A program made the position numbers and the translations under genes. A DNA stretch of 64,000 nucleotides, taken from the human T2T-CHM13v2.0 reference genome, Homo sapiens. Below the pieces are notes generated by a model. It worked only from the letters and a program-made list of their open reading frames with translations, had not been told where the DNA came from and ran no database searches. Position 1 is the first letter of the stretch. Every line of letters begins with the position of its first letter. Below, in pieces: positions 13,830-26,115 of the stretch. The stretch lies in the NCBI RefSeq assembly GCF_009914755.1, contig NC_060936.1. The stretch is one strand, 5' to 3'.

Positions 13830-14460
13830 TGTGTTAGTTTCCTGTGGCTGCCATAACAAATTAGTATACACTTGGTGGCCTAAAACAACAGAAACATATT
13901 TTCTTATAGTTCTGGCGACCAGAAGTCAGAAGTCAAGGTGTCAGCGGGGCTGTGCTCCTTCTGAGGGCTCTAGGGGAGGAGTCCTCCTTGCTCCTTCTAG
14001 TCTCTGGTAGCTCGGGGCTCCTTGGCTGGTGGCTCCATGATGCCCCTGCCTCTGTCTTCATATGATGCCCCTGCCTCTGTATGTATCTGTGGCTTCTCCC
14101 TTTCTGTCTAAGGACAGTTGCCACTGTTGGATTTAGGCCCCATCTAGGTAATCCAGAAAGATCTTAAGGTTTTTAACTTAATTACATCTGCAAAGACCCC
14201 CTTTCTTTTTCTTTTTTCCCTTGAGATGGAGTCTCACTCTATTGCCCAGGAAATAGTGTAGTGGCACAGTCATAGCTCATTGCAGGCTCAACCTCCTGGG
14301 TTCAGGCGATCTCCCACCTCTGCCTCCCAAAGTGCTGGGATTACAGGCATGAGCCACTGTGCCTGGCCCAAAGATCCTTTTTTTGAATAAAATCACCATT
14401 CACAGGTTCTGGGGATTAGGAATTTGACATATCTTGTTAGGGACCACCATGCAACCCACT
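13830..14460 (-). mobile_element. MLT1 (MaLR) solo LTR interrupted by an Alu monomer
   Basis: tgttagtttcctgtggctgccataacaaa...aattacatctgcaaagacc...cattcacaggttctgggg. Confidence 0.82.
14202..14368 (-). mobile_element. Hybrid Alu monomer (left-arm 5' joined to right-arm 3')
   Basis: One monomer length; flanked by caaagaccccttt / caaagatccttt TSD-like repeats. Confidence 0.8.
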
Positions 14461-16356
14461 GAAGTGATGTGTATATTTATGTATTTAAGGAGAGGCAAGA
14501 CAAAGAGAAGTGACCTTTTTTTTTTCCCACTCCAAGTTTTCATTATTTGTCGAGCTATTCCCAATGTCCCTCTCTGGTGACTCTCCACTGAAGATAGTTT
14601 TCAACTTTTTCTTTACATATAATTGAAAAAAAAAAAAAGAAACTTAGTAGTCATTGCTTTGACCTTCAACACTGGTTGTCAGGTTACAGTGATTATAGGT
14701 TTAGACTAAGCCATGGGCCCCTCAGTCCCCCTGAACTCCTGTGTTTATGTAGTAATCCCCCTCTCTCGTGTGTGTGTGTATATGTGTGTGTCTTTTCTTC
14801 TAGGAAAGTCAATACTCCCAGTTATTTACCTATGAGCAATTCTAAGAATTCTGATTCCTCTCTAGGTTGAGTAACACAGACTGCATCTTGTGGGCTGACA
14901 TAACGCACATATGTGCTTTGACTTCTCTTGTAACCAAGAGCTGTTCAACACTGACAGGCGGCACTGTAACCCAAAGAGTACTTTACTGGTAGATTTCCTA
15001 GTTTTTCCATGACCCTGGCTGAGCAAATGTTCTTTAGATTTGACCTAGAAAACCCTTCTTGTGTGTTTTGTAACCTCACAAGCCACTGCTAATGTACCTT
15101 CTTCACTTGGGCCACCCACCGTGATTTCTGTCCTGGATTCCCTGAGCCAAATACCCATGATGGGATGGTTCAGTGATGTGGATGGATGGCTATTTGTGTA
15201 AGGGCCGAAAACTAGTTTTCTAAGATGGGAGAGCTGGGCAGTTACTTATACTCTGAAGCCCTTCTCTTTCTCTGCTGGGGCTTTCCCAGCAGTTCCTAAT
15301 AGTTCCTTGTATTTCAGATAAGTCATCATGATTGTTAGGAAAAAAAGAAAAAAGAAAGTTAGTTTTTAGCCTCCTGACTTCTTAAGTCAAGTGAGACTTC
15401 TAAAATTTAGTAAATAATAGCTCATTATTTTTATGGTAGCTATTTGATTATTTTAATTCTTTAGCAGCACTGAAGAAATTCAGAGAAGTTCAATAGAGAG
15501 TAATAGCTATAAAGGGAAGAAGGGTGATTTGTCAAACTTCAGAATCAACTTTAAATGTAAAAACAAAAAGATCATTCCACCAACTCAGGCCACCTTGTTG
15601 AGTGAAGAGAGAAAACATTTACAGAACACCTGGAAAGACCTTCGGGCCTGGAGCTGAGAAATACGTGGAAGCCTCACTAGAATGAGTTCTTTATTGGTTC
15701 GGTGGACAGCCAGGTTACTAAGGAGCACTTTTTGTTAAATAAGTGACCAAAATCCCCTTGGGCCATCTCCTAAAATGATCTTTATCATAATAGCTACAGT
15801 AAAAAGAAAGAAGGAGAGGTATTAATGTGGGTGGAAATCAGGACAGTTTCCTAATGCCGTGGCTTACAATTCTGAGATTTCTCCAGGCATCAGGACATGT
15901 GCGCGCACAGGACTTGGCTCTCTTAGGAGATACTTCAGTTTGTATCAGATGTGGCTGTGGAGGGTGCTCTTTAAGCATTGCTAACTATGAGTGGGTCCCT
16001 CTCAGAAGGAAGGACTGTAAGAGGTATGAAACTTCTGAGAAAACGAGCTGTCTTCTCTTACCAAGCGCCTGCAGCCGTCAAAATGCTGTAGGCTTTAGTC
16101 GTCTGCCAGTTCCCAAGCTGAGCTGTCTCCTTCATGGATAGGATTTGTTTGTTTAGAAACAACAACAAAGTTCATTCTGTTTATAACTCAGAGCATTTGT
16201 TTTTTCTGCTGAGGCTAAAATACTTGTTTATTCTTTCCTAGAGGAGAAAAGAAAAAGAGAACAATTAAAAACAAGAAAAACAAAACTAGATATTCTAAAT
16301 TTCACAAGCGTTTTTCAAAAAGAGACGAGGCCATATTTTTCCTTAAAGAAAATTAC

Positions 16357-16656
16357 TTTTTTTTTTGAGAGAACAGGATCTCACTCTGTCACCCTGGCTG
16401 GAATGCAGTGACATGATCACAGCTCACTGCAGCCTCACCCTACCATGCTAAAGTGATCCTCCCACCTCAGCCTTCCAAGTAGCAGCTGGTACCATAGGTG
16501 CACACCACCATGCCTGGCTAATTTTTTATTTTTTTTAGAGACAGGAGGTCTCACCATATTGCCCAGGCTGGTCTCGAACCCCTAGGCTCAAGTGATCCTC
16601 CTGCTTCAGCCCACCCAAAGAGTTGGGATTACAGGCATGAGACACCATGCTTGGCC
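16357..16656 (-). mobile_element. AluJ
   Basis: Diverged dimer; TSD-like gaaaattact / gaaaatcatt. Confidence 0.88.
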
Positions 16657-17433
16657 GAAAATCATTATTAATTAAAAATGTCAGAGCAACCTTTTATCTA
16701 GACGTTGATCTTATCTACGCTACAACTGTCATCTTGTGAGGGACATGGGAAATGGGAAAAGGGAGAGGGGAGGACCTTTGTTAGTGTCTCTCTGGTGATA
16801 TAATGGGGAAACTAAGGCTAGGCATGGTAAAGATCCTGTCTTTAAAAAAAAACAAAAAAAAAACTGGAAACTGAATTGCCAAGTGGTTCTGTGGCTTGTT
16901 AGAAGGCCGCAGGTGAGACTTTGCTGCCTTTCTCCTGACTTGTAACGTTGTGTCCTTTTCACTAGACAGCCTCTGGAGATCCTGTGTTGCTACTTGTCAT
17001 GTTTCTTAGGATCAGCTATCAAGAATAATCTACTTGCTGCCCAGCCTGGCTTCTGTATTAAGTAGTCGGTAATTTTGTAGCTATTGATGAGGGTTCTGAG
17101 GCACTTACTTTTTTTACACTGACCTGGTGGTTCAAAGGTGTGGGGATACCAGGGAGGAGGGGCTGTGTGAAAGTCAGAGCTGCGCTTTTTCCTGGTTTTA
17201 TCCAGTCTGAGTCTCCCACGGAAGAGACGTTTGGGAGTGGGAGGTGAGTGCGGATGGATCTAAATATATCTCTTCCCAGCCACTTTGAAAACTGTTTTTC
17301 TAACTTGTGCTTTTTCTGAAAGAGTTTTTTCTCTTTGTTACCAAATTATGCAGGCAGAGGTAGACATTTCTGTACAGACTTGCCTAGTGGTGTTAGTGGA
17401 GGCGGTGTCATCACTTGTCTTTCTTTCTTTCAG

Positions 17434-17885
17434 ACCGGAACATGAACATTTTGCAGTACTGCCCCTCTTCCGACATGTGGACGCTCTTTGAAACATGTGA
17501 CGTCCACATTCGCAAGCAGCAGATGGTGTCTGTGGAAGAGACCATCTACATCGTGGGGGGGTGTCTCCACGAGCTGGGGCCCAACCGCAGGAGCAGCCAG
17601 AGCGAGGACATGCTCACCGTGCAGTCCTACAACACCGTCACCCGCCAGTGGCTCTACCTCAAGGAGAACACGTCCAAATCGGGTCTTAACTTGACTTGTG
17701 CGCTCCATAACGACGGCATCTACATCATGAGCAGAGACGTCACCCTGTCGACCAGCTTGGAACACCGAGTGTTCCTCAAGTACAACATCTTTTCAGATAG
17801 TTGGGAAGCATTTCGGCGTTTTCCAGCTTTTGGACATAACTTGCTGGTTTCTTCTCTTTATCTGCCCAATAAAGCAGAAACATGA
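17434..17885 (+). CDS. KLHL42: KLHL42 coding part of terminal exon 3 (452 nt): C-terminal Kelch repeats, stop TGA
   Basis: Acceptor ttctttctttcag|AC; TIYIVGG...YNTVTRQW; 872+194+452=1518 nt, i.e. 505 aa plus stop. Confidence 0.97.
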
Positions 17886-19289
17886 CTGAATTGAATTGGT
17901 AGATGAAAAAAACCTGGTTCAAGTTTTTTTTAAAATGTGGTGTCCCATTCCAAGGGAGACCAATTCCTAAAGGGTAAAGAAGGGTTAAAGTAGGTCACAT
18001 ATATACAGTAGCAGCTGTAAATAAGCTTACTTGAACTAATTACTTGAAAACTGGTGGAAAAAAGAGACCAACTTTGTTATTTTTTAAATTATTGATTTTT
18101 AAATTATGGGAGCAAATCCATCTCCAAACATGATACTCTTGGGCCAATGACGGATCATCAAAATGTAGATTCATTGTGTCTGTGTGGTAAAGGGCCAAAG
18201 TCAATAATTGGGACAAATGGTAAAGATGATTTTAAAATCTGTTGTATTTAGGTCCCTTGACATATCATTAGCACCTTAAGTGAGAGGTTTTCTTTTTCTT
18301 ATCAGTGTCCTTGACAAGCATTCATATTAACATATTCATTCTCTCTTCTCCATCACCCATACCCACACATACATCTAGTATGTTTAGGGTTCTGTGTTCA
18401 GATATTTTGTTTGCACACTACTTTTTAGGAAACTTATAATGATGGAGCCCTACAGTGAATCCTTACCAGTGTTCAGTCCTCCCCAAAACTTGCATAAAAA
18501 TATTCTTAGCTATTTTTCCAGCCTTTTTTGCAGTTACAAATGCTGGATAAATAGACTGATAAAACCTCTTATTTTATTTATGTGGCAGGTTGCATATTTA
18601 TGTGGACACATAGGTTGCACTGCTAGGCATTCTGTATTGTTTTAAAGAGGATATATTATTTAGAAAAATGGACATATGAATATTATTAAAAATTGAGTCT
18701 TAAATTTAAATGGGAAGGGAAGAAAACACCAAATAAGAAAAAAATTTGCCTTTAAGAGTTACTTTTGTTGAATGTATTTGACTTAGTTCTTATTTTAAGG
18801 CTAAAAAAACTTTGTCATATTTAAGTCGGCAGCTTTCTAATTTAATCTTAGCTTTGTAATTCATGTTTTGCTTTTGTGGACTAAGGTAAGGACAGCATTT
18901 AAATATTTGTGCTGGAGTGAGGGGAAGAAGCTGTTACAGAAGTGGAATGGTTTCTGGTGGTATTTCTGAAGTTAGGTAAAGTGCTTTACTTGCCTTGGTT
19001 GTTAATTGAAATAGAATTCAGCTCAAGCAGTTGTTTTCAGTGAGTGAGTTAACAATAAAAGCTTCTGCCAATCATAGATCAACATTCCTCAAAAATACAT
19101 ACACTCATACTTATGGAAATTTTATTTTGATTGAAAACACTCTGAAATTATCTGATATTTTGTAATGGCATCAGTTAAACTGTGAGCTGGATTCCATCTT
19201 TCTGCAGTAACAGCGGGCAGAACCATTTCAGTTAGCATGTGCCTCACTTTAAGAAAGTCCTGTAGGGGAAAAAAAAAACTGTCAGAGCG

Positions 19290-19380
19290 AATTCATGCAT
19301 TCAACAAACACTTATGAGTGCCTGGAGTATGCCGTCCACTGTGCAGATGTAGGACAGGGGCTAATCACTTAGAGTTCTTC
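19290..19380 (-). mobile_element. L2 3' end inside the 3'UTR
   Basis: attcatgcattcaacaaacacttatgagtgcct. Confidence 0.6.
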
Positions 19381-20053
19381 AGTTTATTAGAGGAGTGACT
19401 ACAGGGTTTCTTTACAACTATGGCCTCTAGTATACTTAAAATAAGCGTCCAGTTATAAAAAGCCTATTTGCACAACTTTTTGGGAATACTTCTATTAACT
19501 AAAATGAGGTAAGCCATTATTTTGGACATAGAAACAGATCTTTGTATCTTGTCACCAAATAATCTTACCTCTAGTCTACTTACAACTTTGTAAGGGTTTC
19601 TAAGCTATGCCCATTTATTCCCAAATATTAAGCCCTTAAAAAAATAAAACCTCTGAACCAAAATCTTCCCAGGAATAGTACTTAATAGATTTTAATGTTA
19701 ATTTATATTCATTGTAGAATTGAATTTCCAGTGACCTGTAATTTCATTACATATATTTTAAAATCTATTTATTTTAGATGGTGTTAACTTTTCGTTGCTG
19801 AAGAGCTTAACTTTTTAAAGGCTTTGTCCTATACATTTAGAAGATGAGTCAGTTGAATTAGTACTGGACAAACAGTTGGAGATTAGTTTGCAAATAAGCA
19901 TATCATATCAAATACAATATTCCAGCCAACCAGTTAATTCTCTTCCTGGTTACATTCATTGGGTCTATTTGCCTAATGTTGACAATTAGATTCTTGGACC
20001 AAGTGAGGGTGTACTCTGATCCACAAAGCTCTTTTATAAACCAGGTTTGAGGT

Positions 20054-20098
20054 TGTGTGTGTGTGTGTGTGTGGGTGTGTGTGTGTGTGTGTGTGTGT
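20054..20098. repeat. (TG)n microsatellite in the 3'UTR, one interruption
   Basis: Seen directly. Confidence 0.97.
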
Positions 20099-20361
20099 AT
20101 GTTTGCATATTATAGCTCTCTTTAAGACAGACATCTAAAAAGATTTTGGTTATTCTGGGCTGCCAGCAGTACGTGGGAAAGGTGGAATGTGCAATAGGAA
20201 CAGATCTGTGCATTTTGTGACATCGTCCTTCCTGCTGTGCACATCAGCTGTGATGACATTTTGAGGGTAGTTTTAATTTAGCTCGGTTCTCTTGTTGGTG
20301 CCAGTGTTACATTGAAGACTACCTATGATAGAGGCAATGTTGCTTTGAAAATCTCCCTTCA

Positions 20362-20458
20362 GGCGGAGGTTGCAGTGAGCCGAGATTGTGCCATTGCACT
20401 CCAGCCTGGGCGACAGTGCAAGACTCTGTCTCCAAAAAAAAAAAAAGAAAAAAGAAAA
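20362..20458 (+). mobile_element. 5'-truncated Alu in the 3'UTR
   Basis: Last ~70 nt of the right arm plus A tail; TSD gaaaatctcccttca / gaaaatcccccttca. Confidence 0.9.
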
Positions 20459-21557
20459 TCCCCCTTCATCCCCCAGGACTGTCCTTTACTCTTTGATAGT
20501 ATCCCTCTATTTTCTTCCCAATTCTCTAAATGCTTTATCATTTTTTCCTGAGATGCTTCTGAGGGATGCTGACCTCCCACTATGGGGAAAAGGGTTGCTT
20601 GGAGGACCTGGGGTGGCAGCCCCCCGACCAGAAGCACCCTATTTTATAGATAGCAGTCTGAATGGTAGAGAGTCCTGTGTGTGGGTTGTTAGAAGGTTGG
20701 TTCTTCCTGTTATTCTCTCTGGCTTTCCTTTCAACCCACTTATTTTCAGAGGCCTCTCCCCTTAGCATCCTTTAAAAGGTTTTCTGATGAATGTGTGAAA
20801 GAGTTGATTATTTCAACAGTATTGGTTAAGTCACAACGACGAAGTGCTGAGAAGGTTATGGGTACCAGGAAGAAACAAACAGAAGTCTTAAGATTAGAAT
20901 GAGAACCAAAGAGAATTTAACCCTGCCATTTTTTTTTTTTTAACACCAAGATCCTAAGTAATTCCAAATGCCTTAGATATCAATGAAAGCTACACACCAT
21001 TGAGATGGGCAAAATTCTTTCTCTACAAAGGGAGTAATCAAGTAAATACCTGTTCTCTTTCAATGGACTGTTGCCTATTGAGCATTGTGGATGATGTGTT
21101 TTCAGATTTCCAGGTGAAGTTCTGACCCTACCTGTTTGGCCAAAGACGTAAATTGAGAGGAAAGGCCTTGGTCTTCCTGATCAACCAGCATTTAACGAAC
21201 AGTGGCTTAATGCAGATCACTCAAGAGGCAGCATAGCAATGTAAAAGGAATATAAGTAGGTGTTGGATGCCTTTTTCCTAGACCAGGAATGGGGAATACA
21301 TAACACCTGTGCCACCGCTCTTTTAAGGAGGCATTATGAATGAGTGCAGCATTCCTGTCCTCTGTGCCAGGATTTGGTCTTAGAATCCATGTCAGATTGG
21401 TGCTTCCAGACATCTATTCCCAGTCCATCAGAGTGAAATGAAGGCTATTTGCCATCCCTGCCTTAGACAGAGGAGTGAAAGAATTAAGTGGGTAGACACC
21501 AACCAAAATGACTTTGAAAGCAGTGAGCTGATTGAGCTCCAGTTCTGTGGTTACCAG

Positions 21558-21660
21558 AAATACTGAGTGTCTGTCATGTGCAAGACAATGCTAAGAACAG
21601 AATACAGACATAAATAAGTCACGGCCCATGACCTTGAAGAGCTTACGGCCTTATAAAGAG
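21558..21660 (-). mobile_element. L2 fragment in the 3'UTR
   Basis: aaatactgagtgtct..tgtgcaagac..cccatgaccttgaagagcttac. Confidence 0.6.
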
Positions 21661-22745
21661 GTTCACTGTAATTGTCTTCACCAGGGCGTCCTTCTCAAAG
21701 ATGCCCACTTTTGTCTGGCACATTGGGGCTCGGTGGTCTGGTGGTCCCTTCGGTCTTGGCCCTATCTGTCCTTTGTTTTTGTGATTTACTAACAATCATC
21801 ACGAACCAGTTTTGTTTTTCTTTTAAATTTGAACATCACATCTTGTGTTTTAGTTTTTTGCTCTATGATTTTTTTCTCACTGCTTTTCAGTCTTCTCTGT
21901 ACTTCATTTTTGTGAAAAAGTGAAAATCACATATAATCTTTATTTAAAAATGCTCACCAAGCACTGCAGACTTTGGAGTTAGGGATTCAGCAGCTTGTTC
22001 CAGTGAAAAGGAGGAGTGAAGCTGGGGAAGTTAGTATCTAAGAGGGGCAAGCTGATTGCATGTGCATTTATACCTATGCCTTTAAAACATTCCCATAAAA
22101 AGTATTAATAAAGAAATTTCCATTCCACACTAGTACTGATGAAAAGGTGGTTGATTTTGCCTTGTGATAATTATCAAAGGATAGTTTTTCATCCTTAGAT
22201 TTTATTCACATGAGAGATTTTTTTTATTTTCTCTGTTGACTTAGGAACACATCATAAATTCACACCAACTGACACGTTGCTGACGTCTGTACTTGACATA
22301 ACCATTTTTATTCATACAGGAAGCATTAAATATAAAAGATGGTCAGTTTTGAAGAGCAAAGGGTGCTGAAATGACTTGTACGGTTGGCTGGTGCTTTCTC
22401 AAATGGATTGCCATAGTTCATTACTAGTAAAGAAAAGGAAAATGTGATTTACGTTGTCATTTTTCCTATTAAAAAAAACCCTTAAGAATGGGGCACTTGA
22501 GCTGTCCCTGCAATGTTTTCATATCTAGTAGTCATTTTAGGGAAAGTGATAATCTGTAGAATGAATAGTTATGTTTTGATATGACTGATACTTTCTTTGT
22601 TAAAAGGTTGTATTAAGTCTTCAATTTCAAGTGTAGCTTAAAAGTGTAAACATTATGTGATTCATTTGAATACAAGAATGCCTATGAAATACCCACTATA
22701 ACAGCATTCCTTTTGTGTTTAGAACTATAGAAGAAAATGTCTTCA

Positions 22746-22751
22746 AATAAA
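22746..22751 (+). terminator. Probable distal poly(A) signal AATAAA of KLHL42
   Basis: AATAAA with upstream TGTA elements and downstream TTTTTGTT; Alu-rich intergenic DNA begins ~100 bp later. Confidence 0.75.
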
Positions 22752-22842
22752 GTAGTTTTCAGTCACTTTTTGTTATCTAAGTTCTATGTATCAGTTACGT
22801 ATGCAGGGCTGTGCCAGGACTGGGAGGAAATGGGTGAAGTGA

Positions 22843-23110
<268 letters not shown>

Positions 23111-23189
23111 GGACAACCATTTTCTACACACTCAGGACACACTGATGGAGGAGAAGGAGGATGGCTGACCTAGCAGAGCGACACCCAAA

Positions 23190-23330
23190 TCTAACTGAGC
23201 ACTTTTTTTTTTCCCAGGAATTATTCTAAGCATTTTTTATTTAAATTATTTAATCCTCACATGAATCCCATGTGGTAAATACAAATATCCTCCGCTTTAC
23301 AGTTGAGGAAACTGAGGCACTGTAGGTTAC
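23190..23330 (-). mobile_element. MIR
   Basis: tttaatcctcac..tttacagttgaggaaactgaggcac. Confidence 0.72.
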
Positions 23331-23583
23331 AAATTGCCACTTGAGAAAGAGGAGAAGGGAAAACTACATACAGTGGTCACTGGTTTAAAGGGTATCCTTT
23401 CTCTTGCTAGTGGAGGAGTGGGTTTCCGAGTGAGCCAGTCTGGGAGCCTCTGGTCCTGCTTTGCAGCAGCGCGTTCCATGGCTGACCTGCCTGGGGGTGA
23501 AGTGGCAGCCTCTTCCTGTGGGCATGGTTACAGGAGGTGTGTGGAGGGGCACCTGAACACTTCTGTTGAGGCCAGGGATCCTA

Positions 23584-23784
<201 letters not shown>

Positions 23785-24066
23785 CTCAGATGCTGGTAAA
23801 TCTGATCTCCGGCAACTCCATAGGATAAAGGCCCAGATTTAGAGGAGCCCAGTTTCTTTAACTTAGAGCCCATCTTTATGATGTCTGTCTCTTAGCCACA
23901 GGCTTCCTGCCCATGCCTCCACCTTCAGTTTGATGGCGTCAATCTCTCTCTTAGCTTTGGGATAATCTGAAACCATAGGGGTCTGCCGTTCCCAGACTAC
24001 ATCCCAGGGACTGCAGCATTAGTAGAAATGATTACCTCTGTGTGGCAGGAGGTGTTTGGGGAATAA

Positions 24067-24430
<364 letters not shown>

Positions 24431-24574
24431 GCCCCCACTCTATTAGTTTGCCTCCTCCGGGAGCCCGATCTTACTATATTTCTGGCTGTTCATGCCCCTT
24501 TAACTAAGGCAGAGAACCTGGCTCCTATAGTTCTGCCAGGCACATGTTTGATCCTCTGCAGTCTGCTGCCTGTA

Positions 24575-25157
24575 GGCAAAAGGGTGAAAGGCATGGACTC
24601 TAGAGCAAGACTTTGCTTCCTAATTCTGCTACTGTCTTTCTTTTTTCTTTCTTTTTTTTTCCCGAGACGGAGTCTTGCTCTGTTGCCCAGGCTGGGGTGC
24701 AGTGGTGCGATCTCAGTTCACTGCAACCTCCGCCTCCTGGGTTCAAGTGATTCTCCTGCCTCAGCCTTCCAAGTAGCTAGGATTACAGGCGTGTGCCACC
24801 ACGCCCATCTAATTTTTGTATTTTTAGTAGAGATGGGGTTTCACCATGTTGGCCAGGCTGATCTCGAACTGGCTAGTCTGAAACTCCTGACCTCGTGATC
24901 CACCTGCCTTGGCCTCCCAAAGTGCTGGGATTACAGGCGTGAGCCACTGCGCCTGGCAATTCTGCTACTTTCTAGCTGTAGCTTTGGTTAGGCTACTTTG
25001 TCTCCCCAGGCCTCAGTTTCTTTATCTGTAAAGTAGGGATAACAATAGTATCCACCCTGTGAAACTGTTGCAAAAAATTGTATGAGAAAATTCATGTGAT
25101 GTGTTCAGAATGGCATCTGGCACATAACACACAATGAATGTGAGCTGTTGTTATTAT
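24575..25157 (+). mobile_element. MIR split by an Alu
   Basis: ggcatggactctagagcaagact..|..ggcctcagtttctttatctgtaaagtagggataacaatag. Confidence 0.75.
24636..24956 (-). mobile_element. AluS
   Basis: Full dimer; TSD aattctgctact on both sides; 15-bp internal duplication near 24856-24885. Confidence 0.92.
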
Positions 25158-25875
25158 TACCAAAGCTGTTTCCTTTATACCTTCAAATGGGCCAGCTTGG
25201 CTGGAAGCTTATGCCTTTCCTAAAATATCTTAGCAAAGCCATTAAGAGGTAGCTAACAAATTCCAGATCCTGGTACAAGTCTTTCACTTCTCCTAAAGGA
25301 GCCAACTTGAGTGGTCTGAGGCCCAAGAGACAGCAGCATAATTAGTTGTTTGCTTTCCACATAAGGTCAGGGATGAGAAGATTCTATCTACCCCATCCCT
25401 TCCCTTGCTTTAGCTGGCTCCATATTTCAGCTTTAGATATTTGCAACATCCCATCCTAAGTACCAAACGCTTTATTAAGACTTGTTTGAACCAGCCCAGG
25501 TAATGTGTCCATTTCTGAGGTAACCACTGTGGCCAGGGGCATGGAGGAGAATCTCCAGTTCAACCACGTGGAATGAAGTCATCTCAGATAATAGGGGTCT
25601 GCTTACTAGAAGAAAGGGGTGTTGACTCTTGACTTGCAAAAGGAACAGCTAGATAACCTGTTGGTCAAGCAAAGCCAAGTTTGTTATGCTTACTGTGGTC
25701 AGGGAGGACACCACCTTGAAAAAGAATTAGTAGTGCCTCAGAAGGGGAATGTCAGGTTTTGGGGCCTGGGCTGGGTGATTTTGAAGTAGGTCTCAACACT
25801 GGGCAGAGTTTCTGATACAAGAACTTTGGGCATAGGACTTTGTGGGCACAATGCAGTGAGAGTCCCAAAGCTAAT

Positions 25876-26115
25876 CTTGGGAGCTTGTTTGGAGGTTCCA
25901 GCAGGGGAGCGCAGCTACTCATACACCCTTGACCCAAGACTGGTCCTCCTCTATTGGGGATGGTTGTCCTCTTCGACTGAGCGTGGAGTTTCGGGAGGGA
26001 CGCACATGGAGCAGTGAGGGAGGAAGGGGTCACCCATCTAGCCAGCCAGATCAGTCGAATCAACCCTGGCGATCAGTGGGGTGAGAGTTGTCACAGGCAG
26101 ATCACCCTCACATCC
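25876..26115 (-). pseudogene. RN7SKP15: 7SK snRNA pseudogene, nt 1 to ~240, 3'-truncated (symbol recalled from locus, not verified)
   Basis: Reverse complement GGATGTGAGGGTGATCTG...GAACCTCCAAACAAGCTCCCAAG is colinear with 7SK at roughly 90% identity by eye; flanked by TSD-like repeats. Confidence 0.93.

Larger units (their letters stand above)
17886..22770 (+). other. KLHL42: KLHL42 long 3'UTR (~4.9 kb)
   Basis: AT/U-rich and repeat-poor compared with the flanks; ends at AATAAA 22746-22751 followed by a U/GU-rich tract; exact cleavage site inferred. Confidence 0.8.

Noticed and set aside
15827-16141. 104-aa Cys-rich ORF in intron 2
   Set aside because: Starts at GTG, has no domain resemblance, and its frame does not match the phase-1 donor of exon 2
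17883-17894. TGA-C stop context suggesting readthrough
   Set aside because: TGA CTG is not the CTAG motif, and another TGA follows two codons later
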